A DNA stretch of 64,000 bases, from positions 250,190 through 314,189 of the forward strand of contig NHDW01000004.1 of assembly GCA_002170535.1 (NCBI GenBank), in the 5' to 3' direction. The position numbers were made by a program, and so were the translations under genes. Below the pieces are notes generated by a model that saw nothing but the letters and a program-made list of their open reading frames with translations, did no database searches and was not told where the DNA came from. Positions 19,337-30,972 of the stretch are shown piece after piece. The stretch comes from Methylococcaceae bacterium TMED69. GTDB taxonomy: Bacteria; Pseudomonadota; Gammaproteobacteria; Ga0077536. How positions within the stretch are numbered: the first letter of the stretch is position 1; each line of letters opens with the position of its first letter.

Positions 19337-19397
19337 TAATTTTTAGACTGTGTTAAACTATCTCAACTGATATTAAAACAAGGATTTAGGAAATTCT

Positions 19398-19724
19398 ATG
19401 GATTTTATAATAGCTAATGCGTTCGCACAGACGGCTGCAGAATCGCAATCCCCAGGTATTGGCCAATTTATCCCTCTGATTTTATTATTTGTCGTCTTTT
19501 ATATTTTTCTGATTAGGCCGCAAATGAAACGTCAAAAGGAGCACACCAGAATGATCAAAGCTCTAGAGGTTGAAGACGAGGTTGTAACTAACGGAGGGTT
19601 GTTGGGCAAAATCAAAGAGCTGGATGAAAGCTTTTTAAAAATTGAGATTACAAAAGAGGTGGCAGTAAAAGTCCAGCGACAGGCTATAGCGCAGGTTGTT
19701 CCCAAAGGGACTTATAAAAAATAA
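19398..19724 (+). CDS. yajC: Preprotein translocase subunit YajC
   Basis: FLIRPQ.KR.KEH, VVTNGG; canonical tgt-yajC-secDF order. Confidence 0.96.
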   Translation: MDFIIANAFAQTAAESQSPGIGQFIPLILLFVVFYIFLIRPQMKRQKEHTRMIKALEVEDEVVTNGGLLGKIKELDESFLKIEITKEVAVKVQRQAIAQVVPKGTYKK

Positions 19725-19783
19725 TCCAATCAGAATGCATTCTAAAAATACAATACTAACCATTTTTATTTTGAGGAAATAGA

Positions 19784-21595
19784 ATGAATCAATATCCACT
19801 ATGGAGATATGTTTTTATAGTGAGTATCATCCTGTTGGGCTTAATATATGCATCACCCAATCTTTTTCCTCAGGATTATTCAATATTCGTTTCGTTTCAA
19901 AATCGTGCTGAAAATGTTGATTTAATTGAAAATAAAATCAATGAGCGAATTGATAAAATTGGAGTAAAGCCAAAAACAATTGAAAAGTCCGATACAGGTC
20001 TTATTATTAAGTTCGACGATCATCAAAGCCGAAGTACCGTTATGCAGAGTTTGAATTCAGTAGTTGATTCTACTGAAGCGGTTCTTGCATATGGCCTATC
20101 ACCAACCAGTCCTAAGTGGTTAGAATTACTTGGAGCGAGCCCTATGTTCATGGGCTTAGATTTGCGAGGAGGCGTGCATTTTTTAATGCAGGTTGATACG
20201 CAGGCGGTTAAAGTCCAAAAACTAAATCAGACATTTGAAGAAGTTAAAACTACTCTTCGAGAACAAAAAATCAGATACCAATCGGCTACAATAGACCGTG
20301 ACAGAATTAAGATTAGTTTTGGTTCTGCCAAATTACTTGCAAAAAGCAAAGAAGCTTTAAACTCAAAAATTGAAACTATTGATATATTCTCGGAGTCTGA
20401 TAAGGAAATCGCTATTGCCGTTAAAGAAAATTATCTTGTTGAGTCGCTTGAGAATGCGTTGCAACAAAATCTTACAACCTTGAGAAACAGGGTAAATGAA
20501 TTCGGAGTATCAGAGCCAGTTATTCAAAGGCAAGGACAAAGCAGGGTTGTTGTACAGCTTCCTGGGATTGAAGATACCGCCCAAGCAAAAAAAATAATAG
20601 GAGCTACCGCTTCTCTCGAGTTTAGGATGGTATTTATGGATGGCGATATAAGAGACGCCACTTCTGGAAGGTTGCCAGTCGGCTCTCAATTATTCAAGAA
20701 AATTGACGGCTCACCTGTTCTTCTAGAAAAGAAAGTGTTGCTAACAGGTGAGTATGTGATTGATGCTTCCTCCGGATTTGATCAGCAAAGTGGTTCACCA
20801 GCCGTCTTTATAACATTGGACGGTAAAGGCTCTCGAATTTTTAGCAAAGTTACAAGAGAAAGAATCGGCAGACCAATGGCGGTTGTTTTCATCGAGCAAA
20901 GAAAGGGTAAAAGATTCGAAGAGGTCATTAACATAGCCACGATACGTGATCAACTTTCAAAAAGATTTCAGATAACTGGTTTGGCAAACACTGAAAATGC
21001 AAGAACTCTAGCACTTCTTCTTCGTGCCGGCTCTCTGGCTGCGCCGATGGAGATAATTCAAGAGCGTACTGTCGGGCCCACTCTGGGTGAGACTAACATT
21101 AGAAGCGGCTATCGTTCCGTGATTATAGGGTTAGTTTGTGTGATGTTTTTTATGTTATTTTATTATGGAAAATTTGGGTTATTTGCAAATCTGGCGCTTT
21201 TGGTAAATCTTGTCTTAATTATTGCTGTTCTGTCAGCGCTTCAAGCTACTCTAACTTTACCGGGAATCGCTGGAATAGTTTTGACAGTAGGGATGGCAGT
21301 AGATGCTAATGTTCTGATTTTTCAAAGAATTAGGGAAGAAATAGCCAACGGGAATACTCCTCAAATGAGCATAGCCTCTGGCTACAAAAAAGCATTTTCA
21401 ACCATTGCCGATGCAAACATAACAACTTTGATTGCAGCATTGGTGTTATTTAGTTTTGGTACGGGCCCAGTTAAAGGCTTTGCTATTACATTGTCAATCG
21501 GAATTGTAACTTCTATGTTTACTGCCATCGTAGGGACAAGAGCGATTGTCAATCTCTTATATGGTAAAAAAGCTAAGCTTGACTTAAAGATATGA
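19784..21595 (+). CDS. secD: Protein translocase subunit SecD
   Basis: GLDLRGG, RVNEFGVSEP, GMAVDANVLI. Confidence 0.97.
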   Translation: MNQYPLWRYVFIVSIILLGLIYASPNLFPQDYSIFVSFQNRAENVDLIENKINERIDKIGVKPKTIEKSDTGLIIKFDDHQSRSTVMQSLNSVVDSTEAVLAYGLSPTSPKWLELLGASPMFMGLDLRGGVHFLMQVDTQAVKVQKLNQTFEEVKTTLREQKIRYQSATIDRDRIKISFGSAKLLAKSKEALNSKIETIDIFSESDKEIAIAVKENYLVESLENALQQNLTTLRNRVNEFGVSEPVIQRQGQSRVVVQLPGIEDTAQAKKIIGATASLEFRMVFMDGDIRDATSGRLPVGSQLFKKIDGSPVLLEKKVLLTGEYVIDASSGFDQQSGSPAVFITLDGKGSRIFSKVTRERIGRPMAVVFIEQRKGKRFEEVINIATIRDQLSKRFQITGLANTENARTLALLLRAGSLAAPMEIIQERTVGPTLGETNIRSGYRSVIIGLVCVMFFMLFYYGKFGLFANLALLVNLVLIIAVLSALQATLTLPGIAGIVLTVGMAVDANVLIFQRIREEIANGNTPQMSIASGYKKAFSTIADANITTLIAALVLFSFGTGPVKGFAITLSIGIVTSMFTAIVGTRAIVNLLYGKKAKLDLKI

Positions 21596-21603
21596 GTGTT
21601 TGA

Positions 21604-22512
21604 ATGAGAAAAAAATTTAATTATAATTTTTTATCCAAAAGAAATCTTTGGATTTCCATATCTGCGATTTTCGTGTTTCTATCGATAGGTTCTTTAGTAA
21701 CTCAAGGCCTTCAATTAGGCACTGATTTCAGCGGAGGTGCTTCAGTAAGTATTGAGTTCCCTAATTCTGTTGAAGCGGAATCTGTTAGGACAATGCTGGT
21801 CGGAACAAGATTTGAATCAGCAAAACTGCAGACAATCGGAATAGGAAAAGAGGTGTTGTTAAAAGTAGCACCAGATTTTTTAGAAGAATCCAAAGACGAT
21901 ATAAAAACTGACATCGAAGAAATTATGACAGACGGTAAAGTGGTGTTTATAGATATGGTCGGACCACAGATCAGTTCTGAACTTACTGAGGACGGAATTT
22001 TGGCCTTAATTTACGCTTTGGGTGGCATCTTAATTTATGTGATGGTTAGGTTTACCAGTAAATTTGCGTTTGGCGCAGTGTTAGCGGTTGTGCATGATAT
22101 AGTTGTTTCACTTGGGATTTTTTCAATGCTGCGACTCGAGTTTGATCTCACAGTGCTGGCGGCTTTCTTGGCTGTAATTGGTTACTCATTAAACGATACT
22201 ATAGTTGTTTTTGATAGGGTCAGAGAAAATTTTAAAACATCCCGTAGTGAGGTTTCTTCCGAGGTAATAATAAATCTATCTATTAACCAAACATTGTCGC
22301 GAACATTAGTAACATCGGGAACTACCTTGGTGGTTGTGTTCGCGTTGTTCCTTTTGGGCGGAGACATGATAAAAAACTTTTCCATCGCATTAGGGTTCGG
22401 TGTGATTGTTGGCACTTATTCGTCAATCTATGTTGCTGGCTCAACTTTAATGTTCTTAGAATTGTCTAGAGATGACTTTCTATCGGATGAACAAAACACC
22501 GAAGACGTCTAA
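21604..22512 (+). CDS. secF: Protein translocase subunit SecF
   Basis: GTDFSGG, HD, GYSLNDTIVVFDRVRE, GTYSSI. Confidence 0.97.
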   Translation: MRKKFNYNFLSKRNLWISISAIFVFLSIGSLVTQGLQLGTDFSGGASVSIEFPNSVEAESVRTMLVGTRFESAKLQTIGIGKEVLLKVAPDFLEESKDDIKTDIEEIMTDGKVVFIDMVGPQISSELTEDGILALIYALGGILIYVMVRFTSKFAFGAVLAVVHDIVVSLGIFSMLRLEFDLTVLAAFLAVIGYSLNDTIVVFDRVRENFKTSRSEVSSEVIINLSINQTLSRTLVTSGTTLVVVFALFLLGGDMIKNFSIALGFGVIVGTYSSIYVAGSTLMFLELSRDDFLSDEQNTEDV

Positions 22513-22528
22513 TGAGCGAGATGCTTTA

Positions 22529-23686
22529 GTGACACCGGCCAAGTCACGTCTTGTCAACCGCAATATCTTAATCGATGAGGAATTAGTAAAATTTTTTCCG
22601 AGGTTAGAAAAGTCATTAACCATCGTGCCTTTTAAGGGCCGTTTTTTAGGTGGTCGTATGCTAAAGGAGTCAGAGGTGCTAGTTGTAAGATCTGTCACTC
22701 CAGTTTGCCGGAAACTTTTGGATGGAAGTAGAATCAAATTAGTTTGCTCCACGACTTCTGGTTTAGACCACATCGACAGAGAATACTTAGAAAGTTCAAA
22801 CATTGAGCTTATTAACGCGCCGGGTTCAAATGCTATAGCAGTAGTAGAATATATTATTTTTACTATCTTGCTATATAGTCAAGATATTGGTAAGCCTTTT
22901 AAAAATCTTAAAATTGGAGTAGTAGGCTATGGTGAAATCGGTTCAAGATTAACTCAGTTGCTCGAAAAATTAGGGTTACAGGTTTTGGTTAATGATCCTC
23001 CTAAAAAGAAATACCATGGACTTAAAAGAGAACATTTCTCTCTAGGGAAACTTGTAGCAGAGTGCGACTGCCTTACTGTTCATGTTCCTTTGGTTGATAA
23101 AACTGAGTATCCCACTAGGAATCTTCTAGATTACCAGCTTCTTAAGGACATAAAAGATGAAGCATTAATAATTAATTCTTCAAGGGGTAACATTATAAAA
23201 GAAAGCGACCTTTTTACGTTGCTAGAAAAGAAACCTGGTATCAAAGTAGCTTTAGATTGTTGGATTGATGAACCGAAAATTGATGCTCTACTTGCCAGGA
23301 AGATTTGGTTGCCAACCCCTCACATTGCAGGTGCAACGGTAGAATCAAAAATCAGAGCTGTACAAAAAGTAATTCCGGCGATTTATGATTATTTTGGGCT
23401 TCGCAGTAGTGAATTGATTTCTGATCCAAAAAAACTTTTTGAAAAACCTGAGAAAATACCTGACTATTTAGATTTAAAAAAAGACATAGATAACATCATG
23501 CCTTTAATCAGCGTTAGTAAACAATTCAAAAAAAAATCGATACAAAATTTATCCAAGTTGCTTCCAGAAGAATTTGATAATTTGAGAAAGTCTACTTTAG
23601 GCCGACGTGAGATTTCGAATTATTGTTTTTCTGAAAATCATGTTGTTTTAAATAAAATAAAAAAAATATTAATTGAGCTTTCATAA
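22529..23686 (+). CDS. pdxB: 4-phosphoerythronate dehydrogenase
   Basis: VRSVT, APGSNAIAVVEY, GYGEIG, HVPL, TPHIAG. Start uncertain: in-frame GTG 22529 chosen to avoid a 41-bp overlap with secF. Confidence 0.85.
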   Translation: MTPAKSRLVNRNILIDEELVKFFPRLEKSLTIVPFKGRFLGGRMLKESEVLVVRSVTPVCRKLLDGSRIKLVCSTTSGLDHIDREYLESSNIELINAPGSNAIAVVEYIIFTILLYSQDIGKPFKNLKIGVVGYGEIGSRLTQLLEKLGLQVLVNDPPKKKYHGLKREHFSLGKLVAECDCLTVHVPLVDKTEYPTRNLLDYQLLKDIKDEALIINSSRGNIIKESDLFTLLEKKPGIKVALDCWIDEPKIDALLARKIWLPTPHIAGATVESKIRAVQKVIPAIYDYFGLRSSELISDPKKLFEKPEKIPDYLDLKKDIDNIMPLISVSKQFKKKSIQNLSKLLPEEFDNLRKSTLGRREISNYCFSENHVVLNKIKKILIELS

Positions 23687-23703
23687 GCAAGGAGTGGTAA
23701 TTA

Positions 23704-24894
23704 ATGATAATAGGAACCCCATTTGCGTCGAATTCAACTAAGTTAATGCTCCTTGGTGCTGGGGAGCTTGGAAAGGAAGTTGCAATTGAAGCCGTCAGAT
23801 TGGGCTTAGAAGTTATTGCTGTGGATAGGTATAAAAACGCACCAGCGATGCATGTAGCTCAGCGGTCTCATGTGATCAATATGTTGGATTACCAACAGTT
23901 AGAGAAATTAATTAGAATGGAGAATCCCTCTTACATCTTGCCAGAGATTGAAGCCATTGCGACTGATGCTCTTGTTCAGTTGGAGTCTGAAGGATTTAAC
24001 ATTTGTCCAAGTGCAAAAGCGGTTTCATACACAATGGATAGAAAAGGGATTAGAAGATTAGCTGCTGAAGAGCTCGGAGTAAGAACTTCTAATTATCGTT
24101 TTGCTAGTTCGATGGAAGAATGTATTAGTTCTATTGATGAAATAGGAACACCTTGCATCGTTAAACCTATCATGAGTTCGTCGGGTAAAGGACAAGTTTT
24201 CGTTAAAGATAAAAAAAATTTAGAGGAAGTATGGTCGAAATCTATCGCAGAAGGAAGGGGTATGCGAAACGAGGTAATTGTTGAAAGTCTTATTGATTTT
24301 GACTATGAAATCACTTTGCTTACAGTAAGACATTCCGGCGGGGTGGATTTCTGTCGTCCTATTGGACACGTACAAGAGAATGGTGATTATCGTGGGTCGT
24401 GGCAACCGCAAGTTATGTCAAAAGATTCTTATAATGAAGCATGTAGGATCGCGGGTCTAATTACTCAAGAACTAGGTGGGTGGGGGATCTTCGGAGTAGA
24501 ATTATTTGTAAAAGGCGATCAGGTCTGGTTCAGTGAGGTATCACCGAGGCCTCATGACACGGGTTTGGTTACCTTGATTAGTCAGAGATACTCCCAGTTT
24601 GAGCTACATGTGAAAGCGATTTTAGGAGTTGATTTGAAATTATATTTTCAAGGTAGTGACGATTTGATAGGAGCTTCTAATCCGATATTAGGTTACGGCG
24701 ATGGCAACCGTATAACCTACGAAGGGGTTTCACAGCTGTTGTCATTAGAAAACGTTGGACTGCGGATTTTTGGAAAGCCTAATGTGGCCAAAAAAAGAAG
24801 GCTAGCAGTTGTTCTTGCTACAGGGGAGTCTGTAAAATCTGCTCTTAATTTGTCTCATGAGGCTGCTAAAAAATTAAAATTACATGTTGAGTAA
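23704..24894 (+). CDS. purT: Formate-dependent phosphoribosylglycinamide formyltransferase
   Basis: LLGAGELGKE, KPIMSSSGKGQ, EVSPRPHDTG. Confidence 0.96.
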   Translation: MIIGTPFASNSTKLMLLGAGELGKEVAIEAVRLGLEVIAVDRYKNAPAMHVAQRSHVINMLDYQQLEKLIRMENPSYILPEIEAIATDALVQLESEGFNICPSAKAVSYTMDRKGIRRLAAEELGVRTSNYRFASSMEECISSIDEIGTPCIVKPIMSSSGKGQVFVKDKKNLEEVWSKSIAEGRGMRNEVIVESLIDFDYEITLLTVRHSGGVDFCRPIGHVQENGDYRGSWQPQVMSKDSYNEACRIAGLITQELGGWGIFGVELFVKGDQVWFSEVSPRPHDTGLVTLISQRYSQFELHVKAILGVDLKLYFQGSDDLIGASNPILGYGDGNRITYEGVSQLLSLENVGLRIFGKPNVAKKRRLAVVLATGESVKSALNLSHEAAKKLKLHVE

Positions 24895-24929
24895 AGGCTC
24901 AGTTAATGCCATGATCGTTAACTAAGCTT
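24895..24929 (+). terminator. 14-bp imperfect hairpin right after the purT stop (possible terminator or mRNA stabiliser)
   Basis: AGGCTCAGTTAATG-CCATGAT-CGTTAACTAAGCTT pairs with one mismatch and two G:U; no U-tract follows. Confidence 0.35.
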
Positions 24930-24953
24930 AGCAATTATAAGTGGTATATTTCT

Positions 24954-25565
24954 ATGAAAAGACTTTTTAAGACAATTTTACTTCTCTCGTTCATTTTAAA
25001 TACACCTTTTGCTCTTGCTGAAGCCGTAGTGCCAGTGGATATTATAAAATCAATAACTGACGAGGTTCTAAACCGAGTAGAATCCGACAAAGATCAACTA
25101 AAGAATAATCCTGGTGAAATGTATGATCTAGTTTCTGATTTAGTTTTCCCTAACTTTGATTTTGCTGTCATGTCAAGATTTGTGTTAGGTAGTTACTGGG
25201 ATCAAGCTGATGTGAAGCAAAAAGGTGAATTTATTGATCAGTTTCGTAAATTATTGGTTAGAACATATGCCTCTGCGCTTTTGGAGTTTTCTGATCAAAC
25301 CATAGAGTACCCAACCGATAGGAACGTTATTAAAGAGAAGACTGCAAAAATAGTACAAGTGGTTATTACGCAAGGAGAGCCTGTCACCGTAATCTACAGG
25401 CTTCATAACACTAAAGACAAATGGTTGGCCTTTGATGTTTCCGTTAGTGGTGTTAGTCTCATAAAGACCTATAGAGGTTCGTTTAAATCGATAATAGAAA
25501 CAGAAGGTCTTGACCAATTAATCAATTCTCTCAAAGAGAAGAATAAAAAGTTTGGGAACTCATAA
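24954..25565 (+). CDS. mlaC: Phospholipid-binding periplasmic protein MlaC/Ttg2D
   Basis: Signal peptide; FDF..MSR.VLG..W, LVRTY, W..FDV.V.GVSL..TYR. Confidence 0.92.
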   Translation: MKRLFKTILLLSFILNTPFALAEAVVPVDIIKSITDEVLNRVESDKDQLKNNPGEMYDLVSDLVFPNFDFAVMSRFVLGSYWDQADVKQKGEFIDQFRKLLVRTYASALLEFSDQTIEYPTDRNVIKEKTAKIVQVVITQGEPVTVIYRLHNTKDKWLAFDVSVSGVSLIKTYRGSFKSIIETEGLDQLINSLKEKNKKFGNS

Positions 25566-25580
25566 AATTGCGACAAAAAA

Positions 25581-27118
<1,538 letters not shown>

Positions 27119-27778
27119 ATGTTACACGAAAAAACTAATTTAAAAAAAATTTTAATTGCAGTGGCAAAAGGTAGGATTCTGGATGAAGCCCTTAATCTTC
27201 TTAAAGATGTGGGAGTTAAAGTATCTGATTCCGAAATGAAGTCTAGGAAGCTAAAAATAAAAACAAATCGTGCTAATGTTGATCTTTTAGTGGTCAGAGC
27301 CGCGGACGTCCCAACTTATGTAGATTACGGAGCTGCAGATATTGGTATTACAGGTAAAGACGTATTGCTAGAAAGTGATACAGATGGTTACTATGAGCCA
27401 CTTGATTTAAAAATATCAAAATGTAGACTTTGCGCGGCTGGCCTTAATAAAACTAGACCCGATCTACCTGTTCTCAGAGTTGCGACAAAATATCCAAGAG
27501 TTGCGAATAATTATTACCAAGGAATAGGGATTCAAGCAGAAATTATAACTTTGTATGGATCGATGGAACTTGCACCAATCGTAGGGTTGGCAGACGAAAT
27601 TGTTGATTTAGTCGATACGGGTAAAACTTTAAAAGCGAACAATCTGTCCGTGATCGATGACATAAAGGATATTAGTTCTAGATTAATTGTTAATAAAGCT
27701 TCCTTGAAGGTAAAGCCTTTCGAAATTAATGACATTATAGATGCACTTCAAATTCTAATAAAAGGGAAAGATGGATAA
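27119..27778 (+). CDS. hisG: ATP phosphoribosyltransferase, short form (HisZ-dependent)
   Basis: AKGRI, DVPTYV..GAADIGITGKDVL, ATKYP, GSMELAP, DLVDTG; 219 aa. Confidence 0.96.
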   Translation: MLHEKTNLKKILIAVAKGRILDEALNLLKDVGVKVSDSEMKSRKLKIKTNRANVDLLVVRAADVPTYVDYGAADIGITGKDVLLESDTDGYYEPLDLKISKCRLCAAGLNKTRPDLPVLRVATKYPRVANNYYQGIGIQAEIITLYGSMELAPIVGLADEIVDLVDTGKTLKANNLSVIDDIKDISSRLIVNKASLKVKPFEINDIIDALQILIKGKDG

Positions 27779-29063
27779 GATAAAAAGATTAGATGCAAAG
27801 GATCAGGATTTTCCAAATTTGCTTGAAAAAGCCCTTCACAGAGACCATGAGAGTGATGATAAAATTTTTGATGCTGTAGCGTCCATTATTAAAGATGTAA
27901 AAATTCGCAAAGATAGCGCGGTTCTTGAATATACAAAGAAATTTGACCTGTATGATGTTAAATCAGTAACCGCTTTAGAAATAACTGGTTTTGATACAGC
28001 TCTCTCCAAAATAGATAAATCTCTGCTTAACTCCCTCGAAATTAGTTCAAGAAGAATATTTGCTTATCACGAAAGACAGGTAGCTCAATCTTGGGAGTTT
28101 TCCGATGATATCGGTGTCTCTTTGGGGCAGCGAATAACCCCATTACAATCCGTCGGAATTTATGTTCCTGGCGGAACAGCGAGCTACCCATCTTCCGTTT
28201 TAATGAACGCCATTCCAGCAAAAGTAGCGGGTGTTTCAAACATTACTATGGTAGTGCCCTCACAAAAGGGAATAGTATCAGAGGCGGTTTTAGCTGCCGC
28301 TGCACTAAGTGGAGTTTCGCGTATTTTCTCGATTGGAGGGGCTCAGGCAATCGCGGCATTAGCCTACGGGACAGAATCTATACCGCGAGTAGATAAAATT
28401 GTTGGCCCGGGTAATGTATATGTTGCCAGTGCGAAAAAACAAGTATTTGGAGATGTCGGAATTGATATGGTAGCTGGCCCGTCGGAAATTCTAATAGTTT
28501 GTGATGGATTAACGCCTCCAGAATGGATAGCAACTGATTTATGTTCTCAGGCGGAGCATGATCCAAATGCTCAATCAATATTTATTAGTCCAGACGCAAA
28601 TCAACTGGATAAGGTTGAAGAAGAGTTGAATCGAATTTATAAGCAATTACCAAGGTGGAAAATAATAAAAAGTTCGCTGGAGAAAAACGGAGTTTTTATT
28701 AAGGTAGATTCGGTAGATGAAATAGCGAAAATAGTTGATGTTATTGCGCCTGAACATCTGGAATTATCAGTTGCTAAACCTCGGGAATTGATGTCCGAAA
28801 TAAAAAATGCAGGTGCCGTCTTCCTTGGCAGATTTTGCCCCGAGGTCTTTGGAGATTATTGTGCGGGTTCTAACCATGTACTGCCGACTTCTGGCGCAGC
28901 TAGGTTTGCATCTCCTCTCGGAGTTTATGATTTTCAAAAAAGAACATCGTTTGTTGAGTGTAATGAATTAGGAGCAAGTGAGCTCGGACGTATTTCATTA
29001 CAAATTGCAAACTCAGAAGGATTAGCCGCTCATGCGCAATCTGCGAAATTAAGGATTAAGTAA
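27771..29063 (+). CDS. hisD: Histidinol dehydrogenase
   Basis: YVPGG, GPGN, DMVAGPSE, SQAEHD, APEHL, GSNHVLPT. Confidence 0.97.
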   Translation: MDKIKRLDAKDQDFPNLLEKALHRDHESDDKIFDAVASIIKDVKIRKDSAVLEYTKKFDLYDVKSVTALEITGFDTALSKIDKSLLNSLEISSRRIFAYHERQVAQSWEFSDDIGVSLGQRITPLQSVGIYVPGGTASYPSSVLMNAIPAKVAGVSNITMVVPSQKGIVSEAVLAAAALSGVSRIFSIGGAQAIAALAYGTESIPRVDKIVGPGNVYVASAKKQVFGDVGIDMVAGPSEILIVCDGLTPPEWIATDLCSQAEHDPNAQSIFISPDANQLDKVEEELNRIYKQLPRWKIIKSSLEKNGVFIKVDSVDEIAKIVDVIAPEHLELSVAKPRELMSEIKNAGAVFLGRFCPEVFGDYCAGSNHVLPTSGAARFASPLGVYDFQKRTSFVECNELGASELGRISLQIANSEGLAAHAQSAKLRIK

Positions 29064-30166
29064 TGGGGAGTGAGATAAACTTTGGAAAATTTATATCTCG
29101 AAAGCTTTTGGATCTCGAGCCATATAGCACCAAAACTTACGATCATTTGATTAAATTAGATGCTATGGAGATGCCGAATGACTCAATGTTAATAGAAGGC
29201 TCACCAGTCTTGAATGCTTTATCAGATCTAAATTTGAATCGATACCCTGACCCTAATTTTCAAGCTTTGAGGAAGAAGCTCTTGACTGCTAAAAATTTAG
29301 ATCTGTCGGAGTCTGATGTACTTGTTGGTAATGGATCTGATGAATTGATCCAATTGCTTTGTTTGTTAACAGCAAACGATGGGCAGGGTAAGTTGTTGAT
29401 ACCTTGCCCAACTTTTAGTGTTTATAAATTACTAGCTCAAATTCATGGTTTAAGATGCTATCAATTTAATCTTGAATCAAAGTCGTTTCATCTCGATACC
29501 TCAAAATTTATCGACGAAATTTTAAAAGTTGATCCTTCATTGATATTTATCGCCAGTCCCAATAATCCAACAGGGAACCGACTTATCGGTGCAGATATTG
29601 GAAAAGTTTGTGAGGCATGCGAAGGATTGGTCGTTTTGGATGAGGCTTATTATAAATTTTCAGATAAATCTTATATAGATATGATAAAAGATTTTAATAA
29701 TCTTTTGATTATGCAGACGATGTCAAAAATTGGTTTTGCCGGGATTAGGCTTGGGATGCTTTTTGGGAATAATAAAGTTATTAATTTACTCAATAAAATT
29801 AGATTGCCTTTCAATGTAAATACCATATCCCAGCTTGCCGGACTTGAGGTCTTAAGTGGTGAACAGTTTGTCGAAAAAAAGATAAAGTCTATAAAAGAAG
29901 AGAGAGCCGTTCTTATTGGCCAACTAAGCGAGTTTGAAGGAATAAAGGTATACCCTAGTGAGGCAAACTTTATTTTGATTGATTTTCAAAATTATAATGC
30001 TGAAACCATTTTTTCCCAATTGTTAGAATCCGGCGTATTAATAAAGAATGTGAGCAACCAACACCAGCTATTAAATGGTTGTTTACGTATAACGGTTGGT
30101 TCAAAGGCAGAAAATCGTGAATTCATTAGAATAATTTCTAGGATAATTACAAAAAGCCAATCTTAA
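29063..30166 (+). CDS. hisC: Histidinol-phosphate aminotransferase
   Basis: NRYPD, GNGSDE, SPNNPTG, DEAY, SKIGFAGIRLG, LRITVG. Confidence 0.93.
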   Translation: MGSEINFGKFISRKLLDLEPYSTKTYDHLIKLDAMEMPNDSMLIEGSPVLNALSDLNLNRYPDPNFQALRKKLLTAKNLDLSESDVLVGNGSDELIQLLCLLTANDGQGKLLIPCPTFSVYKLLAQIHGLRCYQFNLESKSFHLDTSKFIDEILKVDPSLIFIASPNNPTGNRLIGADIGKVCEACEGLVVLDEAYYKFSDKSYIDMIKDFNNLLIMQTMSKIGFAGIRLGMLFGNNKVINLLNKIRLPFNVNTISQLAGLEVLSGEQFVEKKIKSIKEERAVLIGQLSEFEGIKVYPSEANFILIDFQNYNAETIFSQLLESGVLIKNVSNQHQLLNGCLRITVGSKAENREFIRIISRIITKSQS

Positions 30167-30202
30167 ATATTGGCTAAGGTAATTTTTGAAAAACACTAGT
30201 CT

Positions 30203-30253
30203 GTATGTCTTAGCTTACCGTATAAGATTGGTATGCCCTAGCTAACCGCATAA
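30203..30253. repeat. Imperfect 23-bp direct repeat pair (28-bp period) in the hisC-petA spacer
   Basis: GTATGTCTTAGCTTACCGTATAA (30203-30225) vs GTATGCCCTAGCTAACCGCATAA (30231-30253), 19/23 identical. Confidence 0.7.
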
Positions 30254-30363
30254 AGAATAGTATACAATACAAGACGAAATTTTGGTTTATAACGGACATG
30301 GTTTACTCGACTTTTTAATTAAAAAATCTGCCCTTCTTCCAAAATTATGAATATTAGGAGCAT

Positions 30364-30972
30364 TTGCTAAAAATGAATAAAAATCCAACCGATAAGGCTC
30401 GGCGAGAGTTTCTATCAGGTGCAACGCTAGTTTTAGGGGGCGTTGGGGCTAGTTTTGCAGCCATTCCTTTTTTATCCGCTTTCAAGCCGAGTGCGAAAGC
30501 AAAAGCCATAGGTGCGCCTGTTGAAGCCAATTTAAATGGGATCGAGCCTGGTCAAAGGATAATAGTGCAATGGCGAGGTAAGCCAGTTTGGATTGTAAGA
30601 AGAACAACTGACCAAATAGACGCGTTAGCTTCTTTTGATGATAAAACCCTTCAGGATCCTGAATCTAATGCCTCAGATCAGCCCGACTTTGCAAAAAATG
30701 CATGGAGGTCTAAGGATTCTGAGTTTTTAGTCCTTGTTGGGATTTGTACTCATTTAGGCTGCTCCCCGAATTTTTTTCCTGGAATGGATAATAAAGCTAT
30801 GGGTTCTGATTGGAAAGGGGGATTCTATTGTCCTTGTCATGGTTCGAAATTTGATTTAGCTGGTCGTGTATATGCAGGAGTTCCTGCCCCATCAAACATG
30901 CCAGTTCCCCCTTATAAATTTCTATCTGAAGACAAGATTTTAATTGGCGAGCTTGATGGAGAAAGTGCATGA
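30364..30972 (+). CDS. petA: Ubiquinol-cytochrome c reductase Rieske Fe-S subunit
   Basis: CTHLGC and CPCHGS boxes, Tat-like RREFL anchor; start TTG 30364 or ATG 30373. Confidence 0.97.
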   Translation: MLKMNKNPTDKARREFLSGATLVLGGVGASFAAIPFLSAFKPSAKAKAIGAPVEANLNGIEPGQRIIVQWRGKPVWIVRRTTDQIDALASFDDKTLQDPESNASDQPDFAKNAWRSKDSEFLVLVGICTHLGCSPNFFPGMDNKAMGSDWKGGFYCPCHGSKFDLAGRVYAGVPAPSNMPVPPYKFLSEDKILIGELDGESA

